Assembly (NCBI GenBank): GCA_030390025.1
Contig: CM059433.1
Span: 310,001-374,000 of the forward strand
DNA from: Squalus acanthias
Taxonomy: Eukaryota
Direction: 5' to 3'
DNA: 64,000 nt
The position numbers and the translations under genes are program-made. The notes beneath the pieces were generated by a model. That model was not told where the DNA came from, ran no database searches, and worked only from the letters and a program-made list of their open reading frames with translations. Positions 12,100 to 24,300 of this stretch are shown one piece after another (positions within the stretch are counted from its first letter, which is position 1; the number at the start of each line of letters is the position of its first letter).

Positions 12100-14933
12100 G
12101 AACTAAGTGTCACAAAACATATTTGAAAGTTCTTTATCTGAATGCACGTAGCATTCGTAACAAAATCACGAGTTAACGGCACAAATAAATACGTATGGGT
12201 ATGATCTTGTGGCCATTACAGAAATATGGCTGCAGGGTGACAACGACTGGGAATTAAATATGCCAGGGTATTTAACAATCAGGAAGGACAGGCAGGAAGG
12301 AAGGGGAGGTGGGGTGGCTATGTTAATAAAGGAAGGAATCACTGTAATACAGAGAAATGATATTGGGTCAAAGGATCAGGATAATGAAACAGTTTGGGTG
12401 GAGATAAGGAATAATAAGGGGAAAAAACCACTAGTGGGAGTAGTATATAGGCCTCCTAATAGTTGCAACTCTGCTGGAAGAAGTATTAATCAGGAAATAG
12501 TTGGGGCATGTAATAAGGGAACAGCTATAATTATGGGGGATTTTAACTATCATATTAACTGGACAAATCAAATTGGGAAGGGCAGCCTTGAGGAAGAGTT
12601 TATTGAGTGTATTAGGGATGGATTTATTGAGCAGTATGTAACTGAGCCTACAAGGGGGCAAGCAACCTTGGACCTGGTGCTGTGTAATGAGTCAGGATTA
12701 ATTAATAATGTCCTAGTTAAGGATCCCCTTGGAATGAGTGACCATAACATGGTTGAATTCCATATCCAATTAGAGGGTGAGAAGGTTGGTTCTCAAACAA
12801 GCGTACTGAGCTTGAATAAAGGAGACTATGATGGTATGAGAGCGGAATTGATTAAAGTGGACTGGGAAAATAGATTAAAGGGTAAGACGGTACATGAGCA
12901 GTGGTGTTCATTTACGGAGTTATTTTACAACTTTCAAAAAATATATATTCCACAGAGGAAAAAAGGGTGTAAAAGAAATGACAGCCACCCATGGCTAAGC
13001 AAAGAAATTAAGGATAGTATCCAACTAAAAACAAGGACATATAAGGTAGCCAAACTTAGTGGGAGGATAGAAGATTGGGAAGTCTTCAAAAGACAGCAAA
13101 AAGTAACTAAAGGATTGATTAAGAAAGGGAAGATAGATTATGAAAATACATTAGCAAAAAATATAAAAACAGATAGCAAGAGTTTCTATAGTTATATAAA
13201 AAGAAAAAGGGTGGCTAAGGCAAACGTAGGTCCCTTAGAGGATGAGACCGGGAAATTAATGGTGGGAAACATGGAGATGGCAAAAATGCTGAACAAATAT
13301 TTTGTTTCAGTCTTTACGGTAGAGGACACTAAGAATATCCCAACACTGGACAAACAGGGGGCTCTAGTGGGGAAGGAGCTAACTACAATTAAAATCACTA
13401 AGGAATTGGTACTCAGTAAAATAATGGGGCTCAAGGCGGATAAATCCCCTGGACCTGATGGCTTACATCCTAGGGTCTTGAGGGAAGTGGCAGTTGGGAT
13501 TGTGGATGCTTTGGTAATAATTTTCCAAAATTCCCTGGAGTCAGCAAAAGTTCCGGCAGATTGGAAAACTGCTAATGTAACACCCTTATTTAAAAAGGGA
13601 AGTAGGCAGAAGGCTGGAAATTATAGACCAGTTAGCCTAACATCTGTGGTGGGTAAAATTTTGGAGTCTATTATTAAGGAGACAGTAACGGAACATTTAG
13701 ATAAACATAATTTAATAGGACAAAGTCAGCATGGCTTTATGAAGGGGAAGTCATGTCTGACAAATTTGCTTGAGTTCTTTGAGGACATAACGTACAGGGT
13801 GGATAAAGGGGAACCAGTGGACATAGTGTATTTAGACTTCCAGAAGGCATTCGACAAGGTGCCACATAAAAGATTATTGCTCAAGATAAAAAAATCACTG
13901 GATTGGGGGTAATATTCTGGCATGGGTGGAGGATTGGTTATCTAACAGGAAGCAGAGAGTTGGGATAAATGGTTCATTCTCGAACTGGCAACCAGTAGCC
14001 AGTGGTGTTCCGCAGGGGTCGGTGCTGGGTCCCCAACTCTTTACAATCTATATTAACGATTTGGAGGAGGGGACCGAGTGTAACATATCAAAGTTTGCAG
14101 ATGATACAAAGATGGGAGGGAAAGTAGAAAGTGAGGAGGACATAAAAAACCTACAAGGGGATATAGACAGGCTGGGTAAGTGGGCGGAGATTTGGCAGAT
14201 GCAATACAATATTGGAAAATGTGAGGTTATGCACTTTGGCAGGAAAAATCAGAGAGCAAGTTATTATCTTAATGGCGAGAAACTGGAAAGTACTGCAGTA
14301 CAAAGGGATCTGGGGGTCCTAGTGCAAGAAAATCAAAAAGTTAGTATGCAGGTGCAGCAGGTGATCAAGAAGGCCAACGGAATGTTGGCTTTTATTGCTA
14401 AGGGGATAGATTATAAAAACAGGGAGGTATTGCTGCAGTTATATAAGGTATTGGTGAGACCGCACCTGGAATATTGCATATAGTTTTGGTGTCCATACTT
14501 AAGAAAAGACATACTTGCTCTCGAGGCAGTACAAAGAAGGTTCACTCGGTTAATCCCGGGAATGAGGGGGTGGACATATGAGGAGAGGTTGAGTAGATTG
14601 GGACTCTACTCATTGGAGTTCAGAAGAATGAGAGGCGATCTTATTGAAACATATAAGATTGTGAAGGGGCTTGATCGGGTGGATGCGGTAAGGATGTTCC
14701 CAAGGATGGGTGAAACTAGACCTAGGGGGCATAATCTTAGAATAAGGGGCTGCTCTTTCAAAACTGAGATGAGGAGAAACTTCTTCACTCAGAGGGTAGT
14801 AGGTCTGTGGAATTTGCTGCCTCAGGAAGCTGTGGAAGCTACATCATTAAATAAATTTAAAACAGAAATAGACAGTTTCCTAGAAGTAAAGGGAATTAGG
14901 GGTTACGGGGAGCGGGCAGGAAATTGGACATGA
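12100..14933 (+). pseudogene. CR1 ORF2 (APE endonuclease + reverse transcriptase), disrupted
   Basis: YLNARS, MGDFN, SDH and FADD motifs are split over ORFs 12209-13912, 13926-14483 and 14562-14933 by frameshifts and a stop. Confidence 0.93.
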
Positions 14934-15985
14934 GGCTGAGTTCGGATCGGTCAAGACCCTGTGGGTGGCGGAGCGGGCCCAGGGGCTTAGTGACCGGGTC
15001 CTGCTCCTACTACTTGTGTTCTTTAGATTTGAGGTTAGGATCAGATCAGCCATGATCTTATTGAATGGCGGAGCAGGCTCGAGGGGCCGATTGGCCTACT
15101 CCTGCTCCTATTTCTTATGTTCTTATGTTCTCTCTTCCTTTTTATATACCTGTAGAATCTCTTACTGTCTGTTTTTATATTTCTTGCTAGTTTACTCTCA
15201 TAATCTATCTTCTCCCTCTTTATTATTTTTTTAGTCGTCCTTTGCTGGTTTCTAAAAATTTTCCAATCCTCTGGCCTACCACTAATCTTCGCAACATTGT
15301 ATGTCTTCGTTTTCAATTTGATGCCATCCTTAACTTCCTTAGTTAGCCACGGATGGTTCATCCTTCTCGTAGAGTCTTTCTTTCTAACTGGAATATATCT
15401 TTGCTGAGATTTATGAAATATCTCCTTAAATGTCTGCCACTGCTTATCTACTGTCTTACCCTTTAATCTATTTTCCCAGTCCACTTTAGCCAACTCTGTC
15501 TTCATACCTTTGTAATTGCCTTTATTTAAGTTCAGGACACTAGTTTGAGACCCAAGTTTCTCACCCTCAAACTGAATTTGAAAATTTAATATGCTATGAT
15601 AACTGTTCCCTGGAGGATCCTTTACTATGAGATCATTAATTAATCATATCTCATTACACAATACCAGATCTAAAATAGCCTGCTCCCTGGTTGCTCTAAG
15701 AAAACATCCCAAATACACTCTATGAACTCTTCCTCAAGGCTACCTTTGCCAATTTGATTTATCCAATCTACATGAAGATTAAAATTGCCCACGATTATTG
15801 CAGTACCTTTCTTACAAGCCTCCATTATTTCTTGATTTATACTCTGTCCTACACTGTAGCTACTGTTAGGGGGCCTATAGACTACTCTCACCAGTGACTT
15901 CTTTCCCATACTATTTCTTATCTCCACCCAAACTGATTCTACATCTTGATCTTCTGAGCCAATATCATTTCTCACCACTGCACTG

Positions 15986-17159
15986 CTTATCATCGCACCA
16001 ACGCACTTCTCGATCTTCCTGGCTGCAATGCTCCATCTCACTCTCAGTAAGCTCCTCGCTGGAGTGGCGCTACAGAACAAACGGGAAACTCTTCAACCTC
16101 CGTCACCTCCAGTCCAGATCCAAGGTCGTCCCATCCTCTGTCATCGAATTACAGTATGCAGACGACGCTTGAGTCTGCGCACACACTCTGAGGCCGAACT
16201 CCAAACCATCGTCAACACCTTCACCGAAGCGTACAAGAACATGGGCCTTACACTAAACATCCGTAAGACAAAGGTCCTCTACCAACCTGCCCCCACCACA
16301 CAGTACTGCGCCCCGATTATCAAAATCCATGACGAGGCCTTGGACAACGTGGACCACTTTCCATACCTCAGGAGCCTACTGTCAACAAGGGTAGACGTCG
16401 ATGACGAAGTCCAACACCGCCTTCAATGTGCCAATGCAGCCTTAGGTCACCTGAGGAAGAGAGTGTTTGAAGACCAGGATACCAAACCCAGCACCAAGCT
16501 CATGGTCTACAGAGCAGCAGTGATACCCTCCCTCCTGTATGCTTCAGAGACATGGACCATGTTCAGCAGGCACCTCAAAGCACTGGAGAGGTACCACCAA
16601 CGCTGCCTCCGCAAGATCCTGCAAATCCATTGGCAGGATAAGCGCACCAATGTCAGTGTTCTTGCTCAGGCCAACATCCCCAGCATCGAAGCTTTGACCA
16701 CGGTCGATCAACTCCGATGGACGGGCCACATTGTCCGCATGCCCGATACGAGACTCCCAAAACAAGCACTCTACTCGGAGCTCCGACACGGCAAGGGAGC
16801 CCCAGGTGGGCAGAGGAAACGCTTCAAGGACACCCTCAAAACCTTCCTGAAAAAGTGCAACGTCCCCACCGACACCTGGGAATCCCTGGCCCAAGACCGC
16901 ACAAAGTGGAGGAGAAGCATCCGGGAAGGTGCCGAACACCTCAAGTCTCTTCACCGGGAGCAAGTGGAAGCCAAGCGCAGGCAGCGCAAGGAGCGCACGT
17001 TAACCCAAGCACCCCACCCACCCGTCCCTTCAACCACCATCTGCCCCACCTGTGACAGAGACTCTAGGTCCCGCATTGGACTCATCAGTCACCTGAGAGC
17101 TCATTTTTAGTGTGGAAGCAAGTCATCCTCAGTTCCAAGGGACTGCCTAAGAAGAGAAG
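15986..17159 (+). mobile_element. 5'-truncated RTE-clade LINE inserted in CR1 endonuclease region
   Basis: ELQYADD motif; YASETW and LRWTGHIVRMPDTRLPKQALY C-terminal motifs; terminal C2H2-like CPTC...HLRAH; short 3' UTR ending (aag)n-like. Confidence 0.9.
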
Positions 17160-17575
17160 ATCTCATCCTTTATTAACAGAGCTACCCCACCTACTTTTCC
17201 TTTCTGCCTATCCTTCCAAAATGTCAAATACCCCTGAATATTCAGTTCCCAGCCTTGGTCACCTTGCAACCACATCTCTGTAATGGCTATCAGATCATAC
17301 CCATTTACTTCTATTTGTGCCATCAACTCATCTATCTTTATCTGAATGCACACAGCATTCGTAACAAGAGCTTTTAATTTTGTCTTTATACCATTTTTCC
17401 CTACTCTGACTCTACTTTCTGGTGCACTCTTATATTTATACGCTCTGTCCCTTCCTGACACACTCTGGTTATCATTACCCCTATCGCTACCCTACACTAT
17501 TGCCTTCTCCTTTCTCTTTGACTTTTTAAATTTCCCCTCACCTGAACCCTCCCCCCCCCCCCCCCCCCCCACTAT

Positions 17576-19639
17576 TTAGTTTAAAGCACTTTCTACAGCC
17601 CTAGTTATTCGATTCGCCAGGACACTGGTCCCAGCATGGTTCAAGTGAAGCCCGTCCCAATGGAACAGCTCCCTCTTTCCCCAGTACTGGTGCCAGTGCC
17701 CCCATGAATCGAAACCCATTTCTCCCACACCAATCTTTGAGCCACGCATTCATCTCTCTGATCTTATTTACCCTATGCCAATTTGCTCGTGGCTCAGGTA
17801 GTAATCCAGAGATTATTACCTTGTGGTTCTGCTTTTTAATTTAGCCCCTAGCTGCTCATACTCCCTCAGCAGAACCTCTTTCTTTGTCCTACCTATGTCG
17901 TTGGTACCTACGTGGACCACGACAACTGGATCCTCCCCCTCCCACTCCATGAGGAGATTGTGAAGGAATAAGCCATATAACCTATACAGAAAAATACACC
18001 ATTCTATGAAATAATTCTGGCCTTATTAAATCATGACAAACTGGGTCTGGAAATCTAGAAACCTAACTATGAAAAAGCTGTGAAAGCATTCTGGCTATAG
18101 AGATAAGATAGTTGTTGACACTGAATCAATAACCTTATTGAAACAGAAGGTTAAAAGCTCCCAACAGGCTGACCTTTAGGAACAAAACAATGGTTCACCC
18201 TGGACAAGGTGTTCTAATTTACACTTCGTAAAGATGCACAAACATCTGCCTTCGTAAAAATGACATCAAGTAAAACACACCTGCCGTTACACCGTTTTTT
18301 ATGGTAAACTTAGAACACCTAGAGAAGAGACATAATTCTGTAATGCTACCAGCTGAGGTGACTGTAAGAATTGCAGGGGTCAGCAGAAAAATGACTAGAG
18401 ATAATTAGCTTACATCAACAGAAAACCTTAAAGGAAATACCACTGGAAAAGGGTATAAATATTGAACTATCAAATGGGATAGTAGACTCGCTTTAAAGGG
18501 GTAAAGTGATTTTCGGCTTCAGAGGCAGCTCTGTAAGTCTCCAACTCTTTGTACCTCGGGGATCAAAGGTATTTGATTTTGGTGGATATCCTGAATAGAA
18601 CTTTAATAACTGTCAAACTATAGCGAAGTTAAGATTTGAGAGTAAGGTTCTCTGATAATAGAATTGTAAGCTCTCTCTTTTTGGAACTGTTAATGTTGCG
18701 ATTGACTCACCAACTGTAAATTACATGTCAGTTCTTTAATTAATCTATATATTTTTAGAATTGTCTCACGTAAGACTTCTGTATCAAACTTGCGAACTCA
18801 ATCTCTGTACACTCTTTGGTGAGGAGTTGCAGAATTCTGAGGGAGTTTTCCGGACCCTCATAATATCCGAAACATTATAGTCAAGCTAAACTTATTAAAA
18901 GTGCTATCTGGAGGACGGTAACATTTTCAGGTTGTTCCTTTCCTTTAGGGAGAGATAGTCCGGACCTTTAGACCCAATTAAGCGTCTTTAGGATTCGGCT
19001 ACCTCAAACTTTAGTTGAAAGTGAACGTCTGAGGAATACACCTGATCCGGGGTAGCCCTAAAGGGGCTAGGACTAGTAATTATCCCTTCAAGATGTCCTT
19101 AACTCTGGCACCGGGCAGGCAACAGCCTTTGGGACTCACGCTCTTGGCCGCAGAGAACAGTATCTATCCCCCTAACTATACTGTCCCCTACCACTCTACA
19201 TTTCTTTTTACTCCCCCAACTTGAATGGCTCCCTGTACCACACTGCTGTGGTCAGTTTGCTCATCCTCCCTGCAGTCTCTGCTCTCATCCAAACAGGGAG
19301 CAAGAACCTCGTACTTGTTGGACAACTGCAAGGGCTGAGGCTCCTCCAATGCTACCTTCTGGATCCCCGTACCGGCCTCACTCGTAGTCACACCCTCCTG
19401 TCCCTGACAATGGACCAAATTTGAAATATTTAACCTAAGGGGTGTGACTGCCTCCTGGAACACAGTGTCCAGGTAACTCTCCCCCTCCCTGATGTATTGC
19501 AGTGTCTGAGCTCGGACACCAGCTCATCAACTCTGAGCCGAAGTTCCTCGAGCCGCCAACACTTACTGCAGATGTGGTCGCTGTGGATCACACTGGGGTC
19601 CACCAGCTCCCACATGCAACACATCGCCTGTCCTGCCAT
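17576..19639 (-). pseudogene. CR1 ORF1 of outer element, frameshifted and split by an LTR
   Basis: MWELVD...HICSKCWRLEELRLRVDEL and the esterase part are near-identical in type to intact ORF1 48660-49616. Confidence 0.88.
17959..19090 (+). mobile_element. Solo LTR, about 1.13 kb, inserted in CR1 ORF1
   Basis: TG...CA ends with imperfect inverted repeat tgaaggaataa / ttatcccttca. TSD agat at 17955-17958 and 19091-19094. TATAAA at 18454 and ATTAAA at 18894. CR1 ORF1 resumes in register. Confidence 0.8.
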
Positions 19640-19842
19640 CTCTATTGTAATTGATTTAACTAATTAGGTTTTCAAGTTATGAAATATCAATTATCTATGT
19701 ATAGTTTTTAATCTGTAATCACGGATCTTAATTTAAACCAATGCCCAAGTTTAGAAAAAAAAGAGAGAAATACTCACCATCCAATCACTTACCTGCTTTC
19801 CTGTGACATCACACATTGATTTCCCCCCCCCTCACAGGTCCG

Positions 19843-20850
19843 TTCGCTCCACCCCCAGCGAGTCGCTCCTCCCCCCCGCTCCTCCCCCCCGCTCCTCCCC
19901 CCCGCTCCTCCCCCCCACTCCTCCCCCAGCGAGTCGCTCCTCCCTCAGCGTGTCGCTCCTCCCCCAGCGAGCCGCTCCTCCCCCAGCGAGTCGCTCCTCC
20001 CCCAGTGAGCCGCTCCTCCCCCAGCGAGCCGCTCCTCCCCCCCACTCCTCCCCCAGCGAGCTGCTCCTCCCCCCCGCTCCTCCCCCAGCGAGTCGTTCCT
20101 CCCCCAGCGAGCTGCTCCTCCCCCCCACTCCTCCCCCAGCGAGTCGCTCCTCCCCCAGCGAGCCGCTCCTCCCCCAGCGTGTCGCTCCTCCCCCAGCGAG
20201 CTGCTCCTCCCCCCCGCTCCTCCCCCATGACTCGCTCCTCCCCCAGCGAGCTGCTCCTCCCCCCCACTCCTCCCCCAGCGAGCCGCTCCTCCCCCAGCAA
20301 GCTGCTCCTCCCCCCCACTCCTCCCCCAGTGAGTCGCTCCTCCCCCAGCGAGCCGCTCCTCCCCCAGCGTGTCGCTCCACCCCCAGCGAGTCGCTCCTCC
20401 CCCAGCGAGTCGCTCCTCCCCCAGCAAGCTGCTCCTCCCCCCCGCTCCTCCCCCAGCGAGCTGCTCCTCCCCCCCACTCCTCCCCCCCACTCCTCCCCCA
20501 GCGAGCTGCTCCTCCCCGCCACTCCTCCCCCCCACTCCTCCCCCAGCGAGCTGCTCCTCTCCCCCACTCCTCCCCCAGCGAGCCGCTCCTCCCCCAGCGA
20601 GCCGCTCCTCCCCCCCGCTCCTCCCCCAGCGAGTCGCTCCTCCCCCCCACTCCTCCCCCAGCGAGCCGCTCCCCCCCCCCCGCTCCTCCCCCAGCGAGCT
20701 GCTCCTCCCCCCCCACTCCGGTCCCAGCGAGTCGCTCCTCCCCCAGCGAGCCGCTCCTGCCCCCCGCTCCTCCCCCAGCGAGCCGCTCCTGCCCCCCACT
20801 CCTCCCCCAGCGAGCCGCTCCTCCCCCAGTGAGCCGCTCCTCCCCTGCTC
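19843..20850 (-). repeat. C-rich/G-rich minisatellite in CR1 5' UTR
   Basis: Interspersed 19-bp ctcctcccccagcgagccg and 13-14-bp ctcctccccccc(a/g) units. Confidence 0.95.
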
Positions 20851-20899
20851 CCTTCTCGGTGCTGCTCCCGCTCTGGGCGCTGGTCTCGGGCGCTCCTTT

Positions 20900-22733
20900 T
20901 TAAGTTCGCCGCTGCTCCACAACAGTCTGCTCCTCCTGCGGCTGTGCAGGGGCTGAGACGGCCATCTCAGTTGGGTGAGGAATCTGGGGCTCTGACCGAG
21001 GGCTCCGCAGTGGCATGGTCGTGTGAGCGCTTGGAGAGGAGCCCACACTTCCTTGTTGTCGACCACCAACATCCCTCTCATGGGTCGCCTGCACTTCACT
21101 GCTAGCAAGTGGCTGGAGAGCACCTTGTTGCACATCAGTGGGGCCATGAGGACCCGTCTCTGTACTGACAGTCCTCATAACGGGGACGTCCATGTGCCTC
21201 TGGTTCCTCTCCTCAATAGATGCCCATCTATCCTCCATAGCAGACCATCTATTTAGAAGAGTCACCATGCTCTGTTGAATCTGGCGATTTATGTCCTCCA
21301 TGGAGGTTGCCATCCTTTCCATGGCGGCACGTTCATTCGCCATTGCATCCACCACGGCAGCGCTCATGTTTGAAATGGACTCCTCCATTCTCTGCACACT
21401 CGCAGTTACTGTGGATGCAAACCCAGTCAGAGCCTCCTGCACTTGTTCCTGAAGTTCTAGCACCACTCTCTTTCTGGATGGCACCAGAGGCACAGCGTCT
21501 ACATGCAGCTGAGCAGAGCTAGGAGCGTCCTGCGACCTCCGACGAGGACTCTCCACTGCTGTCTCCACCATCTGCTGATGCTCACTTGTGAGCTGTGATA
21601 CACCAGGTGACAACACTACTCTATCTCGCAAACTACCCACCAAGGTGTGCATATCTGCACTGGAGCTGGGAGCGCTGATGTCTGGGTGCGCTGATGTCTG
21701 GGTGCACTGATGTCTGGGTGCACTGATGTCTGGGTGCACTGATGTCTGGTGAAGCTGGTCCCTCAGAGGCTCCAGGTTCCTCTGAGACGTCCGGCTCTTC
21801 CTCCTGGACAGTGGGGAGGGGGACTCTCGATAGTCCTGTGGGGGAGTAAAGGCATGAGTTAGACATGTGATATTTAGGTACCAGAAACATCCCATTGTGC
21901 AGATGATCAGAACTCAATCTGTATGAATATCAGATGCCATATCAATCACTCATGAAATCTAAATGAGAGGGTTGCAAATCTATTCTGTCACCAGCTTACT
22001 CTACTGCGCCCGTCTCTCCGTCCCCCACTTCCAGCTCCTCTGCACCTCCGACGATGTCGTGAACAGCCTCCTCAGCGCGTGTTAAAGTGGCCAGGGATGG
22101 TGAACCTCCTCCTGTCCTCCCTCTCTCCCTCTTATTGTGGGCTCTCTTTTCCTGCAAGGTGGGACACAAGTGGAGTTTCAGCGAGATTGATGGAGTGAGT
22201 GTAAAGAATCCATAACATAGAAGCTTAGAGGGAGACAAAGATGAGGTGAGGTGCCAAAACCAAGGTGCCTCCCTGTACGTTGTTAGCTGTTGTCATTGCA
22301 TAACAGTGAGAGCGAGTGTGAGGGATGCATAGTCGGATGGTGAAGTTATCCTGTACATAGAGAGAAAGGGATAGGTAAGGGTGCAAGGGAAGTAAGGGTA
22401 AGGTGGGATGTGGAGGAGTAGGCTGATAATGCAGAGTGCTGGGAAGAGAACAGATGGGAAGCAGATTGAAGGTAAGTGTGATGTGATACTCACTTTTGCT
22501 GAGCGTAGCAGATCATTGAACCGTTTTCAGCACTGCACCCAGGTGCGTGAGCACAAGGACCTTGCGCTCACCTCCTCAGCAATTTGCAGCCAAGCTGCCT
22601 TTGTCTGCTGAGGAGGCTTCCTCCGGCCATCGGGAGGGAACAGAATCTCCCTGCGCCCTCTTACTCCCTCCACAAGAGAATGGAGGGAGTCATCATCAAA
22701 ACAAGGAGCAGCGTTACATCATGGAGCAGTCAT
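20900..22733 (-). pseudogene. Harbinger Myb/SANT-like DNA-binding protein gene, 3 exons (22494-22733, 22000-22151, about 20900-21835)
   Basis: Exon 1 reads AAPCFDDDSLHSLVEGVRGRREILFP...AAWLQIAEEV...RTWVQC*KRFNDL and exon 2 reads EKRAHNKRERGRTGGG. GT-AG boundaries; in-frame TGA stops. Confidence 0.85.
21670..21749. repeat. 16-bp tandem repeat x5
   Basis: Unit ggtgc(a/g)ctgatgtctg; cores at 21675, 21691, 21707, 21723 and 21739. Confidence 0.9.
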
Positions 22734-23809
22734 GTTGCAGTTGGCCGTTTTCAGGAGCAGCACAAAGGAAATGAAAAGCAAAGGCTACATGGACCCCTTA
22801 AAACCAACTGAATCGATGACGTCAGCAGAGGCGAGCAGCAGACCCGCTGATTGGGCCGGTTAGCGCACACGGTGGGTTTAATGAGCACACTTAAATGAAA
22901 ATTGTTATTTGGGAGCGGCTGAAACCAGCAGCGGGACCGGAACCCGCCCACCAGCCAACCCGCCTCCAACCCGCCTCCAACCCGACTCCAACCCGCCTCC
23001 TGTGGCAAAATCGCAGCCATAATGTGGGAAGAAATAAACAACATTTTCTTGAAATAAATTGCAAATAGCACAGGAAGGAACTGTGCTTGGCAGTAAGTGG
23101 GGAACAAAGAGCCCCTCTGAAACTGACTGAACTGCACACATACCATCTATCGCTCCTCTCAGCAGCAAGAGAACATCTCTAAGAGAGATAGTCATCTTGA
23201 AAGAGGAGGCAAATCACAGCATGTGAAGCATTGACAACAAGGTCAGTAGGAGTGATGGTAAAGTAAGAGGGAGAGGTTATAAGGTCAGTGGAAATGGCGG
23301 CAATAGGAGAGGCACCAGCGGTAAGCAGCAAGATTAAAAATATACTTCCCTGCACCAGTCAGAAGCTGATCAGTGAGCATGTGGCAGGAAGTTGGGAGAA
23401 CCAGGCATAAAAAAAGTATTTTCGTAATCTTGCAAGATCTAACAAGCAATGGAAAAGGTCAACTTTGGGAATCGCCCAACAAAGAACAAAGAACTAGTAG
23501 TACTAAGTGTTGAGTGAGACAAGAACTAGAACTGCCTTTCAGACCATCCTGGTCCTTTTGAACCTGCGGTGAATAGATGCTGGTATTTGTTTCTATGTTT
23601 TACTGATTATCCATAGTTAGAAACTCTGTAATTAACCAAAGGGTAATCTAAAGTCCAACATTGCCCACCATTATGCATTACTAGAGCATGCAGAGATCAC
23701 TGCAGCTCTGATGTTTTATTTTCCTTTTCTTTTGGTATCTTGTACTCATTCCTTCCCCCTTCCCTCACCACCATCACTACCAGGACATCCCAGCAGCAAC
23801 ATCAGCCAA

Positions 23810-24300
23810 CCATGATATTCTTGCAAACAGCAGGTCTTCTAAAAGTTTGGAGAGCAATCGATTGCACACAGGTGGTTCTTAGACCAGTTGCACACACTGA
23901 GAACTTTGAGAATATGAAACACTTTTTCTGTTACATGGCTATGCAGGCAGTCTCTGATACCAAGTGTACAAGCACAAATCTGGTTGCTCATTTTGATGGG
24001 TTAGCTCGTGAGCCATGCACTCACCCACACAAGATTACAGGAGATGATTGTCAATTAAATACAACTGTACCTAGCAGGCTATTGTAGGATAGTGTGGGTA
24101 GTGCATTGTTTTTGTGATTTATTTTCTCTTTATTCTCAATTAGGCAAAGGATACAGCTTCAAACCTTGGCTAATGATGCTCCCCTCTCAAAGGCATTAGC
24201 CATCCTAATTTTCCCATTGCTGAAAGGTATAATAATATGCACCACACTACTCCAGTAGTGTTCAAGTGTGTCTGCAATTTTAGTTAGATGCCTAGATCAA
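23810..24300 (+). pseudogene. Highly decayed Harbinger DDE transposase (HARBI1-like) relic
   Basis: FLQTAGLLKVWRAIDCTQVVLR...MQAVSD...VAHFDG, then GKGYSFKPWLM, AERYNNMH and RCLD. These match the family motifs GAIDCTH, GDxGYPLxPWLMTP, YNxAH and RFRCL. Confidence 0.72.

Larger units (their letters stand above)
9542..15130 (+). mobile_element. Full-length CR1 LINE (5' UTR monomers, ORF1, ORF2, double 3' tail) inserted in the minus-strand CR1
   Basis: ORF1 from 11045, ORF2 fragments at 12209-14933, tail ends ttcttatgttcttatgttc at about 15130. Confidence 0.93.
8296..20895 (-). mobile_element. Near full-length decayed CR1 LINE hosting nested insertions
   Basis: 5' UTR at about 19640-20895, ORF1 at 17576-19639, ORF2 endonuclease part at 15130-17461 and RT part at 8296-9541. 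The pieces at 9541 and 15130 are contiguous in the uninterrupted copy near 33430-33460. Internal deletion at about 8404; 3' tail missing. Confidence 0.88.
20900..23018 (-). mobile_element. PIF/Harbinger element, 5' half
   Basis: The TIR at 23004-23018 (minus: ggctgcgattttgcc) resembles the TIR at 26699, and the element carries a Myb/SANT gene. Confidence 0.78.

Noticed and set aside
19803..21147. Long Pro-rich and Gly-rich ORFs on both strands
   Set aside because: They are translations of the stop-free C/G minisatellite, open in most frames, and carry no coding signal.
20900..24300. Myb gene plus transposase relic as one autonomous Harbinger
   Set aside because: A TIR at 23004-23018 lies between them and their levels of decay differ greatly.
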